A stretch of DNA of 64,000 nucleotides from Patescibacteria group bacterium (GCA_018816805.1 JAHIVE010000035.1:37575-101574), one strand, 5' to 3'. Positions 1 through 9,977 are shown, counted from the stretch's first letter. The notes: generated by a model not told the origin, from the letters alone. Numbers and translations: made by a program.

Positions 1-523
1 TTGTGTTTTGACTACCTTGCGCACGGATTTCAATTTCCAGATTTTCCGGAAGAGAGGGAAGCGGAGAGACTTTTTCCCCAAAATGGGTACAGAGTGCGAC
101 CGGGTGGCCGGAAATGAAAAATGGCACGTCCATGCCAACTTTGGCGCCGAGTTGCATGAGGGTTTGGTGGGGAATTTTTAGGGCGGCGTGTTTGTTTAGG
201 AAGAGCATGACTGCGGCTGCGTCCGACGAGGCGCCGCCAAGACCGCTGCCTGGTGGGATGTGTTTGGTAATTTGGATTTTGTAGTTGAGGCTTTTGCCGC
301 TGTGGGATTCAAGAATTCGGATAGCTTTTTCAACTGTGTTTTGTTCGTTTTGCGGGAGGGAAGGGCAGTCAATTTGCAGGGTTTGGGCGGGGTTTATTGT
401 GATTTCGTCAAAAGGTTCTTTGAGGCGGGCTATGACGGTTTCTAAAAGATGATATCCGGATGGGTCCTTGCCGTGGATGGCAAGGAAGAGGTTGATTTTG
501 GCGGGGCAGGAGAGGGTGAACAC
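1..523 (-). CDS. ispE: 4-diphosphocytidyl-2-C-methyl-D-erythritol kinase (partial, runs off window start)
   Basis: Manual translation from GTG at 523: MFTLSCPAKINLFLAIHGKDPSGYHLLETV...KHIPPGSGLGGASSDAAA; PAKINL and GHMP-kinase P-loop motifs. Not in the supplied ORF track. Confidence 0.93.
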   Translation of the reverse strand, partial: MFTLSCPAKINLFLAIHGKDPSGYHLLETVIARLKEPFDEITINPAQTLQIDCPSLPQNEQNTVEKAIRILESHSGKSLNYKIQITKHIPPGSGLGGASSDAAAVMLFLNKHAALKIPHQTLMQLGAKVGMDVPFFISGHPVALCTHFGEKVSPLPSLPENLEIEIRAQGSQNT

Positions 524-525
524 GG

Positions 526-840
526 TTATAATTTAAATGAGTCGTATTCTTCTTTGGAGAGTGGCGAGGTGTCTTCTAAGCGAGCCTCCATTCGCTTAAT
601 AAGCTTTCTTCTTGCTGGGGTATCCTCCAACTGGAGCGCTATTTTTTGAAAATGAATAGACCCTTCAAGGCTGTGCCTAAAGTCCAACGGGACTGGCGCA
701 GATGGAGCTCTATAGTATGTTCGGTTGTCTGGGCGGCGTCTATGTCTAAAACGTTCATCTCCAATTGGGCCTGCGTGAGTGCGAGTTGTTTCTGTTTTAG
801 CTTCCTCTGATATCATGTTTGGATTTAATCTGTATGCCAT
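526..840 (-). CDS. hypothetical protein (~104 aa) between ispDF and ispE
   Basis: ORF from ATG 840 (MAYRLNPNMISEE...), overlapping the ispDF stop and ending 2 nt before the ispE start; no recognisable motif. Confidence 0.55.
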   Translation of the reverse strand: MAYRLNPNMISEEAKTETTRTHAGPIGDERFRHRRRPDNRTYYRAPSAPVPLDFRHSLEGSIHFQKIALQLEDTPARRKLIKRMEARLEDTSPLSKEEYDSFKL

Positions 841-1880
841 TTTGAAATTGTTAGTATGCAAGTGCATCTTATGCCTTCGCCGCGGCCGAATGGGGACAGG
901 TCTTCACCGGTCATTACCGCTAAGCTTACGGCATTTTTATGGATTTTCAGGGATTTTGCAATAGAATCCGCTAGTGGAAGCGAAGAAACGCGTGGACTAG
1001 CGCATTCGAGTTGGAGGGAAATGTGTTGGATTTTTATGTTTTTCAGTAGGGGTTTTAGGTAAGCTATGGAGGATTTTTCGCCTTTTTCGCAGAGTGGGTC
1101 TGCAATGGAGGAAAATTCTTTGGCGTTTGCTTGAGCAAGTGCTCTGCCGATTGCGTGAAAAATGACGTCGCCGTCCGAGTTGGCTTTGAGTGCGGGGAGC
1201 TCCGGGATTATGAGGCCACCCAAAGTGAGTTGGCCTTTATTGCTGAAGCGGTGTGAGTCTTCACCAATGAAGTAAGTGGGCCGGAAATCTTCCGGGAAGG
1301 TGATTTTTTTGTTTTGTGGGGAGGCGGGGATGAGTTTTACTCGAGTTTTTGGGAGTAGGGCGGTAGTAAGGTCTGTGGCGTCTTTGGGTGGGTTTGCAGC
1401 TTGAATTAGGTCAAAGCGAGCAGCTTGAGGGGTTTGCATGAGGCGGACTTTTTGGCGGGGAATGGATTTTTCATAGAAACCGTCTTTTTCAAGTGTGATT
1501 GTGTCTATTGCTTGGTGGGAAACGGCGGCGGCGCCGTGCTCTTTGGCGGCTTGAATTACTTGTGTGATTTCTTCTTTTGTGACGAAGGGGTTTGCGGCGC
1601 TTTGGTCAATAATTATGTCTGAGGGGTGCGGCCGAGCGGCAGCGAGGCCGTTTAAAAAAGACTGCATGCGGGTTTCTCCACCGGCGGTGAAAATTGCGTC
1701 TGTGGGGAAAGATGCTTCTTCGCCTTTTGGGACAACTACTATGATACGGTCAATTTCCGGGTGCGTTTGAAATTGTTCGTAGGTTTTTTGCCAGACGGGT
1801 TTGCCACCGAGCAAAGCGAACAATTTATTTTGTCCCGCACGCTTGGATAGGCCTGCTGCTAGGATTATTGCAATATTCAT
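825..1880 (-). CDS. ispDF: bifunctional IspD/IspF (MEP cytidylyltransferase + MECDP synthase)
   Basis: N-terminal LAAGLSKRAGQNK, GGETRMQS, MQTPQ, NKKITFPED (IspD); C-terminal GEDSHRF, SDGDVIFHA, TGEDLSPFGRGEGI (IspF). Confidence 0.9.
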   Translation of the reverse strand: MNIAIILAAGLSKRAGQNKLFALLGGKPVWQKTYEQFQTHPEIDRIIVVVPKGEEASFPTDAIFTAGGETRMQSFLNGLAAARPHPSDIIIDQSAANPFVTKEEITQVIQAAKEHGAAAVSHQAIDTITLEKDGFYEKSIPRQKVRLMQTPQAARFDLIQAANPPKDATDLTTALLPKTRVKLIPASPQNKKITFPEDFRPTYFIGEDSHRFSNKGQLTLGGLIIPELPALKANSDGDVIFHAIGRALAQANAKEFSSIADPLCEKGEKSSIAYLKPLLKNIKIQHISLQLECASPRVSSLPLADSIAKSLKIHKNAVSLAVMTGEDLSPFGRGEGIRCTCILTISKWHTD

Positions 1881-3007
1881 AATAGGTTGCTCCCTCCGGT
1901 CGCGTTAGCCTCGCGATTCTGGTAGTCGCTCGACCTCACTCCTTCTAGTCGTGAGTGTTGAATTCTGTGATGAAGCGAAATGATTTCTTCCAATGTGTTT
2001 GGCGGCTGGGTATAAAGCCATTTTTGAAGGCCGTTTTCAATGAAGTCGTAGATGTCCAAAAAGCCGATTTTGCCCGAGAGAAAGCGTGAAACTGCTATGT
2101 CGTTTAATGCGTTTAGTGCAATTGGGAAGATTGGATTGCCTTTGTGCATAGCGAACCACTTAATTGGGCGGAAAGTTTCGGCGTCCGGGGTGTCAAAAGA
2201 AAGTTCGCTTTTGCGGGTGCGTTTAATTTGCCAAGGGCAAGAAGGTTGCTCCGGGTAATTCAGGGCGTAGGAAATCGGGAGGCGCATGTCGCACTGGGTG
2301 ATGTGCATTTTTGTGGCGCCCGAGTAGGTGTGGATCATAGAATGCACAACGCTTTGGCGGTGAATGACTATTTGAATTTTTGTAATGGGAATATCAAAGA
2401 GGTTTGAAACTTCATAGGCTTCCAGGATTTTGTTTATGAGAGTAGCGCTGTCTATTGAAACTTTTGGACCCATTTGCCAGGTGGGGTGGGCAAGGGCGTC
2501 TTTTGCCGTTACGAATTTTAGATCTTCGCTTTTTTTGCCAAAAAACGGGCCACCACTGCAAGTAAGAGTTGCGGATGCCACATTTTCACGGCCGTGATCA
2601 AAGATTAATTGCCAAATTGCGGATGCTTCAGAATCCAGCGGACGGATTTGTGCGCCGGTTTTTTTTGCAATCATGCAAAGGTGTCTGCCGGCAATTGCCA
2701 GAGATTCTTTGTTTGCGGCCAGCAAAACTTTTCCCGCTTTGACTGTTTGTAAAGAAACCAGAAGACCCTCAAAACCGGGGACGGCGTTTATTACATAGTC
2801 TGCGGGGGCAATCAGGCTGTTTATGGTTTTTTTATCTAAAGGGCCAAGTTGGGATCGGCAATTTGTAGCTTGTTTCTCCAGCAGCTCAGCGTTTTGAAGA
2901 GCAGAAAGTGCGACTACTTCAAATTTGTCGGGGAAAGTTCTGAGAACTTCAAGGCTTTGAGTGCCTATTGATCCAGTAGAACCGAATATTGCGATTTTTT
3001 TTATCAT
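1877..3007 (-). CDS. dxr: 1-deoxy-D-xylulose 5-phosphate reductoisomerase
   Basis: GSTGSIGTQ, ANKESL, PLDSE, SGGPF, HPTWQMGPKVSIDSATLINK motifs. Confidence 0.96.
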   Translation of the reverse strand: MIKKIAIFGSTGSIGTQSLEVLRTFPDKFEVVALSALQNAELLEKQATNCRSQLGPLDKKTINSLIAPADYVINAVPGFEGLLVSLQTVKAGKVLLAANKESLAIAGRHLCMIAKKTGAQIRPLDSEASAIWQLIFDHGRENVASATLTCSGGPFFGKKSEDLKFVTAKDALAHPTWQMGPKVSIDSATLINKILEAYEVSNLFDIPITKIQIVIHRQSVVHSMIHTYSGATKMHITQCDMRLPISYALNYPEQPSCPWQIKRTRKSELSFDTPDAETFRPIKWFAMHKGNPIFPIALNALNDIAVSRFLSGKIGFLDIYDFIENGLQKWLYTQPPNTLEEIISLHHRIQHSRLEGVRSSDYQNREANATGGSNLL

Positions 3008-5529
3008 TGGACTTCCAGAAGGACCAAATCATGGCCGCTGTAAACAATTGGCCAGCCACTATTTTGCAAGAATTCTTCGAATGCGTCACGTTTTTGGATG
3101 TATTCATCATAAAATTCGGAATCTGTGGAAAGTTCCACTCCGCGATGCATGAAAATATGTGTGATTCCTTTTTCTGCAAAAAGTTGTCTGATTTCCTCAA
3201 TTGATTTTTGTTTAATTGCGCAGGAATAGTAGTCCATAAAGTCGTCGTCAATGATGTTTGAGTCCGGTACTGGTAAAAAATATTTGGATTGGGTTCCAAC
3301 TTTGTAAATTATTGGGGCTTTGTTTGTTTTCTTATACTCGTCCAGGATTTGGACGATTTCATAAAATCCGGGATAAAAATCTATCAGAATTGTGTCGTTG
3401 TTATAAAGTCCGACTGAATAAGCGAACATGCGAGCTTCAGCGTAAAATTGATTTCTTAGCAGGAAATTGCCAATTAGGCTTATAACAATAAACACCATGA
3501 GAATGGTTCGCCACCAGATTTCCTTTTTTTCGATTGTGAAAAATAAAAGTATTACTGCTGGAATGAGGATGAATATCCCATACCAGCTAACCCCGCTGCT
3601 AACGAGCATCCAGAGCAGAGCGTAGGCAGCAGTAAAGACAAGCAGAAGGAGGTTTTTGTTGCTTTCTTGAAAGATTTTTTTGGGGAAAAGCAACCAAAAA
3701 GGCGCAATGCCTAAAAATAAAAAGGTGATATCAGAGATAAATGTTCCGAGCTCAGGCGTCATGGTTGTGTTCCATGGAAAGTATATTAATGATAGCAGGC
3801 CTTGGCCGGGGCCGGCATAGCGTTTGTAGTCGGCAAAGAATGCAAAATTTTCTTGGCAGGATTGAACCCGTTCGTATTCGAATTTTATTATATCTTTCTC
3901 ACCAAAAACCAGAGATGAAATTGTGAAATGGCCCGTCTCAACATAATGCCAAATCATCCATGGCAGCATGAAAAGCAATATTATTCCTCCAAAAATGAGA
4001 AACGGTTTCAATTGTTTTATTGCACCTAACGGTTTTTCTTTTTTGATACTGAAAATTGCGCAAAGAATTGCCAAAATTAAGAAGGCAATTGCAAAGGGAG
4101 TTGGATTTAATTTGAAAGCTTGAAGGGTAGCCATTTGACCACCGAAAGCGAAAGCCGACATGAATGCAAAGTACAAACTTGCTGTAAGGTATTTCTTTTG
4201 GGTTTTTAGATAGAAAGCCAAAAGCAAGAGTACCCATACAAATAACAATGCCGTGATTTTTATTGTTACAAGGAAGCCAAAGAGGACTGCCGTAAGAATG
4301 AGGTCGTGTTTTTTGTCTGAATGCAGCCAAGTTTCCAGTGCCAGCATAGCGGCGATGCTTGTTGCCAGAAGTGGAATTTCAATTTTGGTGTCGATCGCGT
4401 AGAAGAACGAGATCATGGGAATGAGCGATAAAAACAAAGTCGCCCAAAGGGAGCTTGACTGTGAAATGAATTTTCTGGCCAGGATATAGAAAAGGGCCAG
4501 CATTAACGTAAAGGATGTGAAAAGTATTGCGTAAGTTCCTTGGAAGGTGTCTACAAAAAGCCAGGAGATGCTCTGCAAATTTGTCCATGCAGTTGGGCCA
4601 ATGCCTTGCGGGAAAAGATTGTCTGTGACCATTAATTTTGCAGCTCGGCCGTAGAGATTTATGTCGTCCCAAGCAATTGGGAATGGGCGAATAGAATCCA
4701 AAAGGCACATTGCCAGCATGACAATAAAGAAACCAAGAATAACAATGGTTTCTTTTTTATTATTTTCTATAGAGATTCTTTCACTCCAGAGAAATTTAAT
4801 TTTGCCCCATATTTGTTTGAAGCTTATGAGAATTGCAAGTGCCAATACTATTAGAAAAGATTTAATTGTATAAGCGCCAGCTAAGTTAAGAGCGAAAATT
4901 GCTACACTAAAAACAGCGGCGCCGGGAAAGAAGCTGATCAGGTGTTGTTCAAGCGTGATTTGCTTTGCTTTTCTAAAAAATATTGCGGTGCCCAGACCTG
5001 CAAAAATTAAGAAAAATATTAGTGCCCCGGAGAAAGTTGCAAGAATATATTTTGAGTAAGAGACCATTGATTCAATAAATTTTGCCTTTTGAAAGGCTGG
5101 CCTGATGCTTTCGGGGAGGTTTTCCGCTATATACTTAGTTTCACGCACAAGCTGATCTTTTTCAAAAAGAACCGTCATGCTTTCTGTGACATCTTCCGGC
5201 TGCACTATTTCAATTTTTGTTCCCTCTCTGACGAGAGTGCCATCAACAAGCCTTGAGAAATCCGAAACTGCGAATTGATAAGTCCCAACAATAAATGTGC
5301 AAAGGAGAATCAGCCCAAATAGCCATTTGATTGTTATTGATTGCTTTTTCTGGCCAATGAAATATATGGCTGTCGACATGGATAAAGCCAAGAAAATGTG
5401 GAAAGCAGCTAACTTCCAAAAAAGGGCTGCATTTTCGTAATATGGATTAATTTTGTAGAAATTGAACGCCACAAAGCTCATAAAAAATATTGCCACCGCA
5501 AACTTCATATAAGTTAGAGCATTTTTCAT
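3004..5529 (-). CDS. large polytopic membrane protein, probable GT-C fold (ArnT/PMT-like) glycosyltransferase
   Basis: Many hydrophobic segments; PIAWDDINLY loop typical of GT-C enzymes; soluble C-terminal domain (GITHIF); 4-nt overlaps with ispG and dxr. Confidence 0.6.
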   Translation of the reverse strand: MKNALTYMKFAVAIFFMSFVAFNFYKINPYYENAALFWKLAAFHIFLALSMSTAIYFIGQKKQSITIKWLFGLILLCTFIVGTYQFAVSDFSRLVDGTLVREGTKIEIVQPEDVTESMTVLFEKDQLVRETKYIAENLPESIRPAFQKAKFIESMVSYSKYILATFSGALIFFLIFAGLGTAIFFRKAKQITLEQHLISFFPGAAVFSVAIFALNLAGAYTIKSFLIVLALAILISFKQIWGKIKFLWSERISIENNKKETIVILGFFIVMLAMCLLDSIRPFPIAWDDINLYGRAAKLMVTDNLFPQGIGPTAWTNLQSISWLFVDTFQGTYAILFTSFTLMLALFYILARKFISQSSSLWATLFLSLIPMISFFYAIDTKIEIPLLATSIAAMLALETWLHSDKKHDLILTAVLFGFLVTIKITALLFVWVLLLLAFYLKTQKKYLTASLYFAFMSAFAFGGQMATLQAFKLNPTPFAIAFLILAILCAIFSIKKEKPLGAIKQLKPFLIFGGIILLFMLPWMIWHYVETGHFTISSLVFGEKDIIKFEYERVQSCQENFAFFADYKRYAGPGQGLLSLIYFPWNTTMTPELGTFISDITFLFLGIAPFWLLFPKKIFQESNKNLLLLVFTAAYALLWMLVSSGVSWYGIFILIPAVILLFFTIEKKEIWWRTILMVFIVISLIGNFLLRNQFYAEARMFAYSVGLYNNDTILIDFYPGFYEIVQILDEYKKTNKAPIIYKVGTQSKYFLPVPDSNIIDDDFMDYYSCAIKQKSIEEIRQLFAEKGITHIFMHRGVELSTDSEFYDEYIQKRDAFEEFLQNSGWPIVYSGHDLVLLEVQ

Positions 5530-6587
5530 GTCTTTTTTTGGATTAAATTGAGAAGTTCCGGGATTAGGCGGTCTTCCGTGACTTTTGCCTTATAAATTTC
5601 GCCTTTGTAGTATAAAACTCCGCAATTTTTCCCGCCAGCAATGGCAAAATCTGCCTCACGCGCTTCACCTATTCCGTTGACCACGCAGCCCATTACAGAG
5701 ACTGTGATGGGTTTGTGGACTCTTGATAGCGCTTTTTCAACTTTTTCAACCAAGGAGGGGAGGTCTATTTCCGTTCTTGCACAGGTTGGGCAGGCAATGA
5801 TGTCCGGTTCTTTTGTGTAAAGGCCAAGCGATTTTAAGATTTGGCGGCAGATTTCCACTTCTTTTTCAACAGTGTCTAGGATGGAGACGCGAATTGTGTC
5901 ACCGATACCTTTTCTGAGAAGCGTGCCGATTCCGATTGCGCTTTTGACTGCGCCCGGCAAAGTTGGGCCGGCTTCAGTGACTCCAAGATGAAGTGGAATG
6001 TCTGTTTGACAGGCAAAACGCTCGTAAGAGTCAATCATTTGGGGGACGCGCGAGCTTTTGAGGGCGACTATGAAGTTGCCGAAGTTCTTGTTTTCAAGGT
6101 AGGAGGACCAGCGGAGGGCGGATTCTACAAGCGCGTCCGGCACGGGACCTTCGTATTTGTCCCAGAGGTCTTTTTCAAGTGAGCCTGCGTTTACGCCTAT
6201 TCGGATTGCAGCTTTTTTTGTTTTTGCCAGCGCAATTACTTTGTCCAGATATGATTTATCATTAAAATTTCCCGGATTGATTCTAATTTTGTCAGCGCCG
6301 TAGTCCAGAGCTGCCACTGCAAGACGGGGGTCAAAATGGATGTCTGCAACCAGGGGAAGGGAGATTTTTTCTTTGATTTCAGGGATTGCCTTTGCAGCTT
6401 CCAGGTTTGGAATGGCAATTCTGATTAAGTCACAACCTTTACCCTCAACGGATTTGATTTCTTCAATAATAGCCTTAGTCGTCTTGGCTTGGCCGGTGAC
6501 CATTGTTTGGATAGCAATTGGATGGTCGGAGCCTATTTTCAGCTTTCCTACCTTGCAAGTTCGGGTTTTTCGTCTTGATGTAGACAT
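5526..6587 (-). CDS. ispG: (E)-4-hydroxy-3-methylbut-2-enyl-diphosphate synthase
   Basis: PLVADIHFD, KIRINPGN, RIGVNAGSL, PLHLGVTEAG, GIGDTIRVS, CPTCAR, VMGCVVNG. Confidence 0.97.
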   Translation of the reverse strand: MSTSRRKTRTCKVGKLKIGSDHPIAIQTMVTGQAKTTKAIIEEIKSVEGKGCDLIRIAIPNLEAAKAIPEIKEKISLPLVADIHFDPRLAVAALDYGADKIRINPGNFNDKSYLDKVIALAKTKKAAIRIGVNAGSLEKDLWDKYEGPVPDALVESALRWSSYLENKNFGNFIVALKSSRVPQMIDSYERFACQTDIPLHLGVTEAGPTLPGAVKSAIGIGTLLRKGIGDTIRVSILDTVEKEVEICRQILKSLGLYTKEPDIIACPTCARTEIDLPSLVEKVEKALSRVHKPITVSVMGCVVNGIGEAREADFAIAGGKNCGVLYYKGEIYKAKVTEDRLIPELLNLIQKKT

Positions 6588-6642
6588 TCGTGATCTAAGA
6601 AGTGGGCATAATGTAGTCGAAAGTTAATATAGATGCAATATC

Positions 6643-6671
6643 TTGACTTCAAGGTTAAAAACACCTAGAAT
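6643..6671 (+). promoter_or_regulatory. sigma70 promoter of infC-rpmI-rplT
   Basis: TTGACT-17 nt-TAGAAT upstream of infC. Confidence 0.7.
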
Positions 6672-6700
6672 GCGGTTTGTCTTTTTCTAACCAAGGATTT

Positions 6701-7210
6701 ATAGCAAAGCGACTCCGGAAAAATGAAGAAATTCGATCTCGCACTGTTCGTTTAATCGGCGATGGTGAGGCCCAGATGGGTATTATGGGAATCGAGAAAG
6801 CACAGGCTTTGGCTAAAGAAAATGGATTCGACCTTGTTGAGGTTTCTCCGAATGCAACTCCGCCTGTTTGCAGGCTAATGGATTATGGGAAGTATCTTTA
6901 CAGGCAAAATAAACAGGATCAAAAGCATAAAGCAAAGCAGAAAAAGCATGAAGTGAAAGGGATTCGTCTGAGTGTACGTACGGATCAGCATGATCTCGAA
7001 GTCAAGATAAAAAGAGCTCGGCGTTTCCTGGAAGAAGGGAATTCGTTGAAAGTCGCCTTGATTTTTAAGGGCCGAGAGGTTACACATTATGACTTGGCAG
7101 TTGAAAAAATGAATAAGATTAAAGAAGACCTAAAGGATGTTGCGAAAGTTGATCAGGAACCAAAAAAGCAAGGGTATAACCTATTTATGATTCTTTCACC
7201 CCTAAAATAA
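6701..7210 (+). CDS. infC: translation initiation factor IF-3 (probable ATA start)
   Basis: NEEIR..VRLIG, DLVEVSPNATPPVCRLMDYGKYLY, KGRE; no ATG near the N-terminus; in-frame ATA at 6701 after AAGGA (TTG at 6677 is the alternative). Confidence 0.95.
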   Translation: MAKRLRKNEEIRSRTVRLIGDGEAQMGIMGIEKAQALAKENGFDLVEVSPNATPPVCRLMDYGKYLYRQNKQDQKHKAKQKKHEVKGIRLSVRTDQHDLEVKIKRARRFLEEGNSLKVALIFKGREVTHYDLAVEKMNKIKEDLKDVAKVDQEPKKQGYNLFMILSPLK

Positions 7211-7398
7211 TGAAGATGAAAACGCACAGCGGAACCAAAAAGCGCGTCACAAAGACGGGTTCCGGTAAGATTCGAATTGAAAAAGGTTCAAAGAGACACC
7301 TTTTGATTAACAAATCCAAAAGGCAGAAAAATCTTGGTGGCAACAAAATGGTTGTTTCGCCAGCAGATGCAAAGAGATTTAAAGCGCTTCTACCTTAA
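7210..7398 (+). CDS. rpmI: 50S ribosomal protein L35
   Basis: MKMKTHSGTKKR...HLLINKS; canonical position between infC and rplT. Confidence 0.95.
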   Translation: MKMKTHSGTKKRVTKTGSGKIRIEKGSKRHLLINKSKRQKNLGGNKMVVSPADAKRFKALLP

Positions 7399-7464
7399 TT
7401 TATTAAGCGTTGGCCCATGGCATGCCTCGCCTATGGCCGCGCACTTTTTTAACCCCCCTATAAA

Positions 7465-7809
7465 ATGCCTAGAGTAAAACGTGGTGTGACGCAAAGACGT
7501 CGACACAACAAGGTTCTCAAAGCTGCAAAGGGATATCGTGGTTCTCGTCACCGCCTTTATAGGCAGGCGAAAAATGCAGTAATGAAAGCAGGCCAACATG
7601 CGTACACTCACAGACGTACGAAAAAGCGCGATTTCAGGCGCCTATGGATTGCCAGACTAAATGCTGCAGTTAGAGCTCACGGAATGTCCTACAGCAGGTT
7701 CATCAACGCTCTTCATGAAAAGAAGATTGCGCTAGACCGAAAGGTTTTAGCTGACATTGCAGTCAACGAGCCTGAGGTTTTTGCAAAGATTGTTGAGGAA
7801 GTGAAATAA
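7465..7809 (+). CDS. rplT: 50S ribosomal protein L20
   Basis: MPRVKRG...AKGYRG...[16 protein letters not shown]...LDRKVLA. Confidence 0.98.
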   Translation: MPRVKRGVTQRRRHNKVLKAAKGYRGSRHRLYRQAKNAVMKAGQHAYTHRRTKKRDFRRLWIARLNAAVRAHGMSYSRFINALHEKKIALDRKVLADIAVNEPEVFAKIVEEVK

Positions 7810-7825
7810 ATTCCATTTTTACACT

Positions 7826-7856
7826 AAAAAACCCCTTCAATGCGAAGGGGTTTTTG
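7826..7856. terminator. bidirectional intrinsic terminator
   Basis: AAAAAACCCCTTC-aatgc-GAAGGGGTTTTT between convergent rplT and the SDR gene. Confidence 0.85.
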
Positions 7857-7872
7857 TTTGTCTGTTATCTTG

Positions 7873-8622
7873 CTAGCTTGCAATCCAGCCGCCATCCACA
7901 ACTAAAGTGTGGCCGGTGACAAAGCTGGCTTCGTCCGAGGCGAGGTAAAGCGCTGCAAAGGCAATGTCTTCCGGTTTGCCGACTCTACCGATTGGAGTTT
8001 GTGCCATGAACATGCTTTTGGTTTTTTTGTCTTTGAGCATGTCTTTTGTCATTTCAGTATTGATAATGCCCGGAGCGATTGAATTGACGTTCACACCGAG
8101 TGGGCCAAGCTCAAGAGCAAGTTCACGGGTAAGATTGACCAGCCCGCCTTTTGAGGCGCAGTAGGCAGAAGTGTTGGCAAATCCGACTTCACCGGCAATT
8201 GAAGCTGTGAAAATAATTTTGCCGTATTTTTTCTTGGTCATGTGGGCTGCAGCCGCCTTGGCACAAAGAAATGCACCTTTCAGGTTGATGTCCAGTACAA
8301 AATCCCAGTCCTTTTCCGCCATTTGAAGAATTGGCTTTTGGACAACCACTCCCGCATTGCTGACCATAATGTCTACTTTCTTGAATTTTTTTACGGTTTT
8401 TTGTACAAGTGCATCGACATCTTTTTTCTTAGAAACGTCGCATTTAACTACGAGTGCTTCACTGCCAAGTGATTTGATTTTTTTTGCAACTTCGTCACAT
8501 TCTTTTGTGTGGCGACTTGTTAAAACTACTTTCGCTCCTTGGCGGGCGAATTCAATAGCAATTGCCGCTCCGATTCCTCTTCCGGAACCCGTGACAATTG
8601 CAACTTTGTCTTTAAGTTTCAT
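7873..8622 (-). CDS. short-chain dehydrogenase/reductase (FabG-like)
   Basis: TGSGRGIG, NAG, YCASK, VDGG motifs; start placed at ATG 8622 (MKLKDKVAIV). Confidence 0.9.
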   Translation of the reverse strand: MKLKDKVAIVTGSGRGIGAAIAIEFARQGAKVVLTSRHTKECDEVAKKIKSLGSEALVVKCDVSKKKDVDALVQKTVKKFKKVDIMVSNAGVVVQKPILQMAEKDWDFVLDINLKGAFLCAKAAAAHMTKKKYGKIIFTASIAGEVGFANTSAYCASKGGLVNLTRELALELGPLGVNVNSIAPGIINTEMTKDMLKDKKTKSMFMAQTPIGRVGKPEDIAFAALYLASDEASFVTGHTLVVDGGWIAS

Positions 8623-8701
8623 GGCGTGTGGGTTAGTTTTCGGAAGGAAGTGTAGCAGAAGCGGCATTTTTCTGCTAGAGTGTTAGCCTGTAATCGACAT
8701 T

Positions 8702-9976
8702 ATGAAAGTCGTTTTTAAGAATAGTGTGAGGAATGTCTTGAGGTCGCTTGCAAAGCGGAAGCTAAAGCGCATCAATCCAAAAGTGATTGGCATAACGGGG
8801 AGCGTTGGAAAAACAAGCGCAAAAGAGGCAATAAGTAGCGTGCTTGAGAGGAATTTCAAGGTTGTGAAGAGTGAGAAAAATTACAATACGGATTTTGGAG
8901 CGATTTTGACTATTTTGGGTTATTCAACTGGATATTCGTCTTTGGGGCGGTGGTTTTGGATATTGTTACGAGCGGGGCTGGATTCGCTTAAAAAACCTGA
9001 GCCTTTTGATGCGCTTGTGATGGAAATGGGGGTGGATAAGCCGGGTGATATGCAGGAGATTTTGAGTGTGATTACACCGGATATTATGGTGTTTTTGAAC
9101 GTGAAGGACGTGCACCGTGGTGAAGGGCAATTCCCAAACAAAGAAGCGATTTTTGAGGAAAAATCCAGGGCGAGTGCGGCGACAAAAAGTGATGGCTGGG
9201 TGATTTTGAATGTGGATGACACTTATGTGAGGCAATTGGCGGATAAACTTCCTGCGTCCACTTTGAAAATTGGGCTTAGCGGGGAGTCTGATATTAGGGC
9301 GACTCACGTTGAAACTACCCCTCATGGACTTTCGTTTGTTTTAAATTATGAAAATAAAGAAATTCCGGTGAAACTGCCGCGGATTTTGGGAGATTGTCAT
9401 GTGACTATTGTGCTGGCTGCAATTGCGGTGGGGTTTGTGAGTGGTATGAATTGGAAGGAAATTGAGGCAGGGTTGCATGAATTTTCTTTGCCGCCCGGAA
9501 GGATGAATAAAATTGAAGGAGTGAATTCGTCTTTGATTGTGGACAGTTCTTACAATGCTTCTCCTGATGCTGTAGAAGAAGCATTGAAGGTTTTGTCTAT
9601 TTTTCAGGGTCGGCGAATTGCGGCACTTGGGACTATGAATGAGCTGGGTGAACTTTCAGAGAGTGCGCATATAAAAATTGGGAAAGAAGCAGCTTTAAGC
9701 GCGGATGTTTTGGTTGCGGTAGGGTCTCATGCGAAGGATATGGCGGAGGGTGCGCACAGAGCCGGCATGTCTGCTTCCATGATTCACCAATTCAGAAATT
9801 CAAAAGATGCCGGGCAATTTTTGAGTGGATTTTTGGAAAGAGGTGATACATTGCTCGTGAAGGGGTCGCAAAATAGAGTGCGAATGGAGCATGTGGTGAA
9901 AATGTGCATGGCTTATCCGGAAGATGCGCGGCAACTTTTGGTGAGACAGGAACCATATTGGCTAACAAAACTGTGA
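8702..9976 (+). CDS. murF: UDP-N-acetylmuramoyl-tripeptide--D-Ala-D-Ala ligase
   Basis: GITGSVGKTSAKE, NYN, EMG, DSSYNASP, LGTMNELG, VKGSQ. Confidence 0.92.
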   Translation: MKVVFKNSVRNVLRSLAKRKLKRINPKVIGITGSVGKTSAKEAISSVLERNFKVVKSEKNYNTDFGAILTILGYSTGYSSLGRWFWILLRAGLDSLKKPEPFDALVMEMGVDKPGDMQEILSVITPDIMVFLNVKDVHRGEGQFPNKEAIFEEKSRASAATKSDGWVILNVDDTYVRQLADKLPASTLKIGLSGESDIRATHVETTPHGLSFVLNYENKEIPVKLPRILGDCHVTIVLAAIAVGFVSGMNWKEIEAGLHEFSLPPGRMNKIEGVNSSLIVDSSYNASPDAVEEALKVLSIFQGRRIAALGTMNELGELSESAHIKIGKEAALSADVLVAVGSHAKDMAEGAHRAGMSASMIHQFRNSKDAGQFLSGFLERGDTLLVKGSQNRVRMEHVVKMCMAYPEDARQLLVRQEPYWLTKL

Positions 9977-9977
9977 A

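Noticed and set aside
7406-7443. L20 regulatory RNA between rpmI and rplT
   Set aside because: A GC-rich imperfect hairpin exists, but I cannot match it to known L20 leader features.
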